Shown here: positions 61,931 through 64,000 of the stretch, piece by piece
Position numbering within the stretch: the stretch's first letter is position 1
Layout: each line of letters starts with the position of its first letter
From: Macrostomum hystrix
Lineage: Eukaryota > Animalia > Platyhelminthes
Length of the DNA stretch: 64,000 nucleotides
Reading direction: 5' to 3'
Assembly (NCBI GenBank): GCA_950097015.1
Contig: CATNEN010000038.1
Span: 14,880,001-14,944,000, forward strand
Translations under genes and position numbers: made by a program
Notes under the pieces: model-generated
What the model was told of the DNA's origin: nothing
The model's database searches: none
What the model saw: the letters and a program-made list of their open reading frames with translations, nothing else

Positions 61931-62352
61931 AAGTGTGTTTCACTTTTGGCTAGAATAGGTGAATAGATTTTAACAGATTATATTCAGATGTGTCAGATAC
62001 AGAATTAAGTAAATTCAAATTACAGTTATGTATCGCAAAAGCGATGACAGATATACTCATTAAAAATAGTTCTTAAAGTACAAATTCAACGAATTTTGTA
62101 TGCTTTACCTTAGAAATTAGCATTAGCAGTAGCAGCGGGAAAAATTGCGTGACAGACTTCAAAAAAGTTTTCTTCGAATTTTTTTTCTCAACTGGCTGAT
62201 GAAATCCCCAATTTACTTATCCTGAGACCTGATTCGATTTTCCAAGTCTTAGGCTGACAAAAATTGTCTTCTCCATTAAAAATGTAAAGTCACGCCACTG
62301 AAATGCCAGTTGGTGGCGCAAATTTTCTTTACGTCTGAAAGTTAGTTGTAAA

Positions 62353-63345
62353 AGGTGAATCTAAATAGTCTAAACAGGTGAATCTACATAGTCTAAACAG
62401 GTGAATCTAAATAGTCTAAACAGGTGAATCTACATCGTCTAAACAGGTGAATCTACATAGTCTAAACAGGTGAATCTAAACAGTACAAACAGGTGAATCT
62501 ACATAGTCTAAACAGGTGAATCTACATAGTCTAAACAGGTGAATCTACATAGTCTAAACAGGTGAATCTACATAGTCTAAACAGGTGAATCTTAATAGTC
62601 TAAACAGGTGAATCTAAATAGTCTAAACAGGTGAATCTAAATAGTCTAAACAGGTGAATTACATAGTCTAAACAGGTGAATCTAAACAGTACAAACAGGT
62701 GAATCTAAACAGTACAAACAGGTGAATCTAAACAGTACAAACAGGTGAATCTAAACAGTACAAACAGGTGAATCTAAACAGTACAAACAGGTGAATCTAA
62801 ACAGTACAAACAGGTGAATCTAAACAGTATAAACAGGTGAATCTAAACAGTATAAACAGGTGAATCTAAACAGTACAAACAAGTGAATCTAAACAGTATA
62901 AACAGGTGAATCTAAACAGTACAAACAGGTGAATCTAAACAGTATAAACAGGTGAATCTAAACAGTACAAACAGGTGAATCTAAACAGTATAAACAGGTG
63001 AATCTAAACAGTACAAACAGGTGAATCTAAACAGTATAAACAGGTGAATCTAAACAGTATTAACAGGTGAATCTAAACAGTACCAACAGGTGAATCTAAA
63101 CAGTACCACTGGTGAATCTAAACAGTAGAAACAGGTGAATCTAAACAGTACAAACAGGTGAATCTAAACAGTACCAACAGGTGAATCTAAACAGTACAAA
63201 CAGGTGAATCTAAACAGTACCAACAGGTGAATCTAAACAGTACAAACAGGTGAATCTAAACAGTACAAACAGGTGAATCTAAACAGTACAAACAGGTGAA
63301 TCTAAACAGTACAAACAGGTGAATCTAAACAGTACAAACAGGTGG
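62353..63345. repeat. 23-bp minisatellite AAACAGGTGAATCTAAACAGTAC, ~43 copies
   Basis: 23-nt period with two sequential sub-variants. Confidence 0.97.
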
Positions 63346-63880
63346 ATCAACATTGCCTTTGTGAAGTTTTGAAATCCATTCAACAGTCATTAAGATAACA
63401 AATTAAGGCGCTATTTTCTATATTGGTGCATTTTTGCAATCCAAGCCAATAGAAAGTGTCTTCATTGTTTTACCGTGGCAGAAACGGCCCCACTAAATTT
63501 AATTGCCAAAGTTTTTCCTGCTGTCTTCTTTTAGAAGCAAAGTCTGTCGGCATCCCATTGCAGGCCGGGTCATTGTCTTTCCCATTTTATTGTCAGGTGT
63601 TTCTTTTCGTTTAAGCATTCTCCCCCCACCTCTGCCCATCGTGTGGATTCAATAGAAAGCTTTGGACACTGTATGAATATGCGTATTGTTTGAAGATTTC
63701 TGACAGAAAATTGGCAGGCAAAAAAGTCCTGTAAAGCAACAAGGGGGCTACAGATACGCACCTCAGTTATAGCTCATTCACATGACACTTGCACTTCAAC
63801 GAGATTGCAATGCTTTTGCACAGCTAACGTATGATTCTGCTGGTTGACTTAATGAAAGCAGCCAGTGCTCAACTTCTTAT

Positions 63881-64000
63881 TGGAATGGATTGCTAGTCTA
63901 ATCCATTGTGGAATGGATTGCTAGTCTAATCCATTGTGGAATGGATTGCTAGTCTAATCCATTGTGGAATGGATTGCTAGTCTAATCCATTGTGGAATGG
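63881..64000. repeat. 28-bp minisatellite TGGAATGGATTGCTAGTCTAATCCATTG (runs off window)
   Basis: More than four perfect copies; internal inverted repeat AATGGATT/AATCCATT. Confidence 0.93.

Overview
This is eukaryotic (metazoan) genomic DNA with GT-AG introns, GC-rich exons and AT-rich introns crowded with minisatellites. That style is consistent with a free-living flatworm such as Macrostomum (inference only). Genes, by manual splicing: the 3' end of an SLC37A3-like transporter (+); a 7-exon SLC6 Na+/Cl- amino-acid transporter (-, ~807 aa); a 4-exon peroxidasin-like heme peroxidase with only two Ig domains (-, ~1038 aa); RPA2 (-); RPS14 (-); an intronless family-B/Methuselah-like GPCR (+); degenerate fragments of a gene with an ALK/LTK-type Gly-rich domain (-); DLAT/PDH-E2 with two lipoyl domains (+, ~648 aa); and a candidate promoter/first exon near 60.1-60.4 kb. 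There are about 25 different tandem arrays (4-43 bp units), two tRNA-derived SINE families and two non-autonomous DNA transposons. Most striking: (1) almost every intron carries its own private minisatellite, and several units, read on the transcribed strand, are tandem splice-signal mimics (3' splice sites, 5' splice sites, AG|GT junctions, branch points); (2) RPS14 and RPA2 are head-to-tail, separated almost only by a 28-bp array, suggesting an operon resolved by trans-splicing; (3) a 2-kb satellite has expanded inside a hAT-type MITE, and the same satellite family recurs at three other loci. Most long ORFs in the track are repeat artefacts, and no CRISPR array is present.
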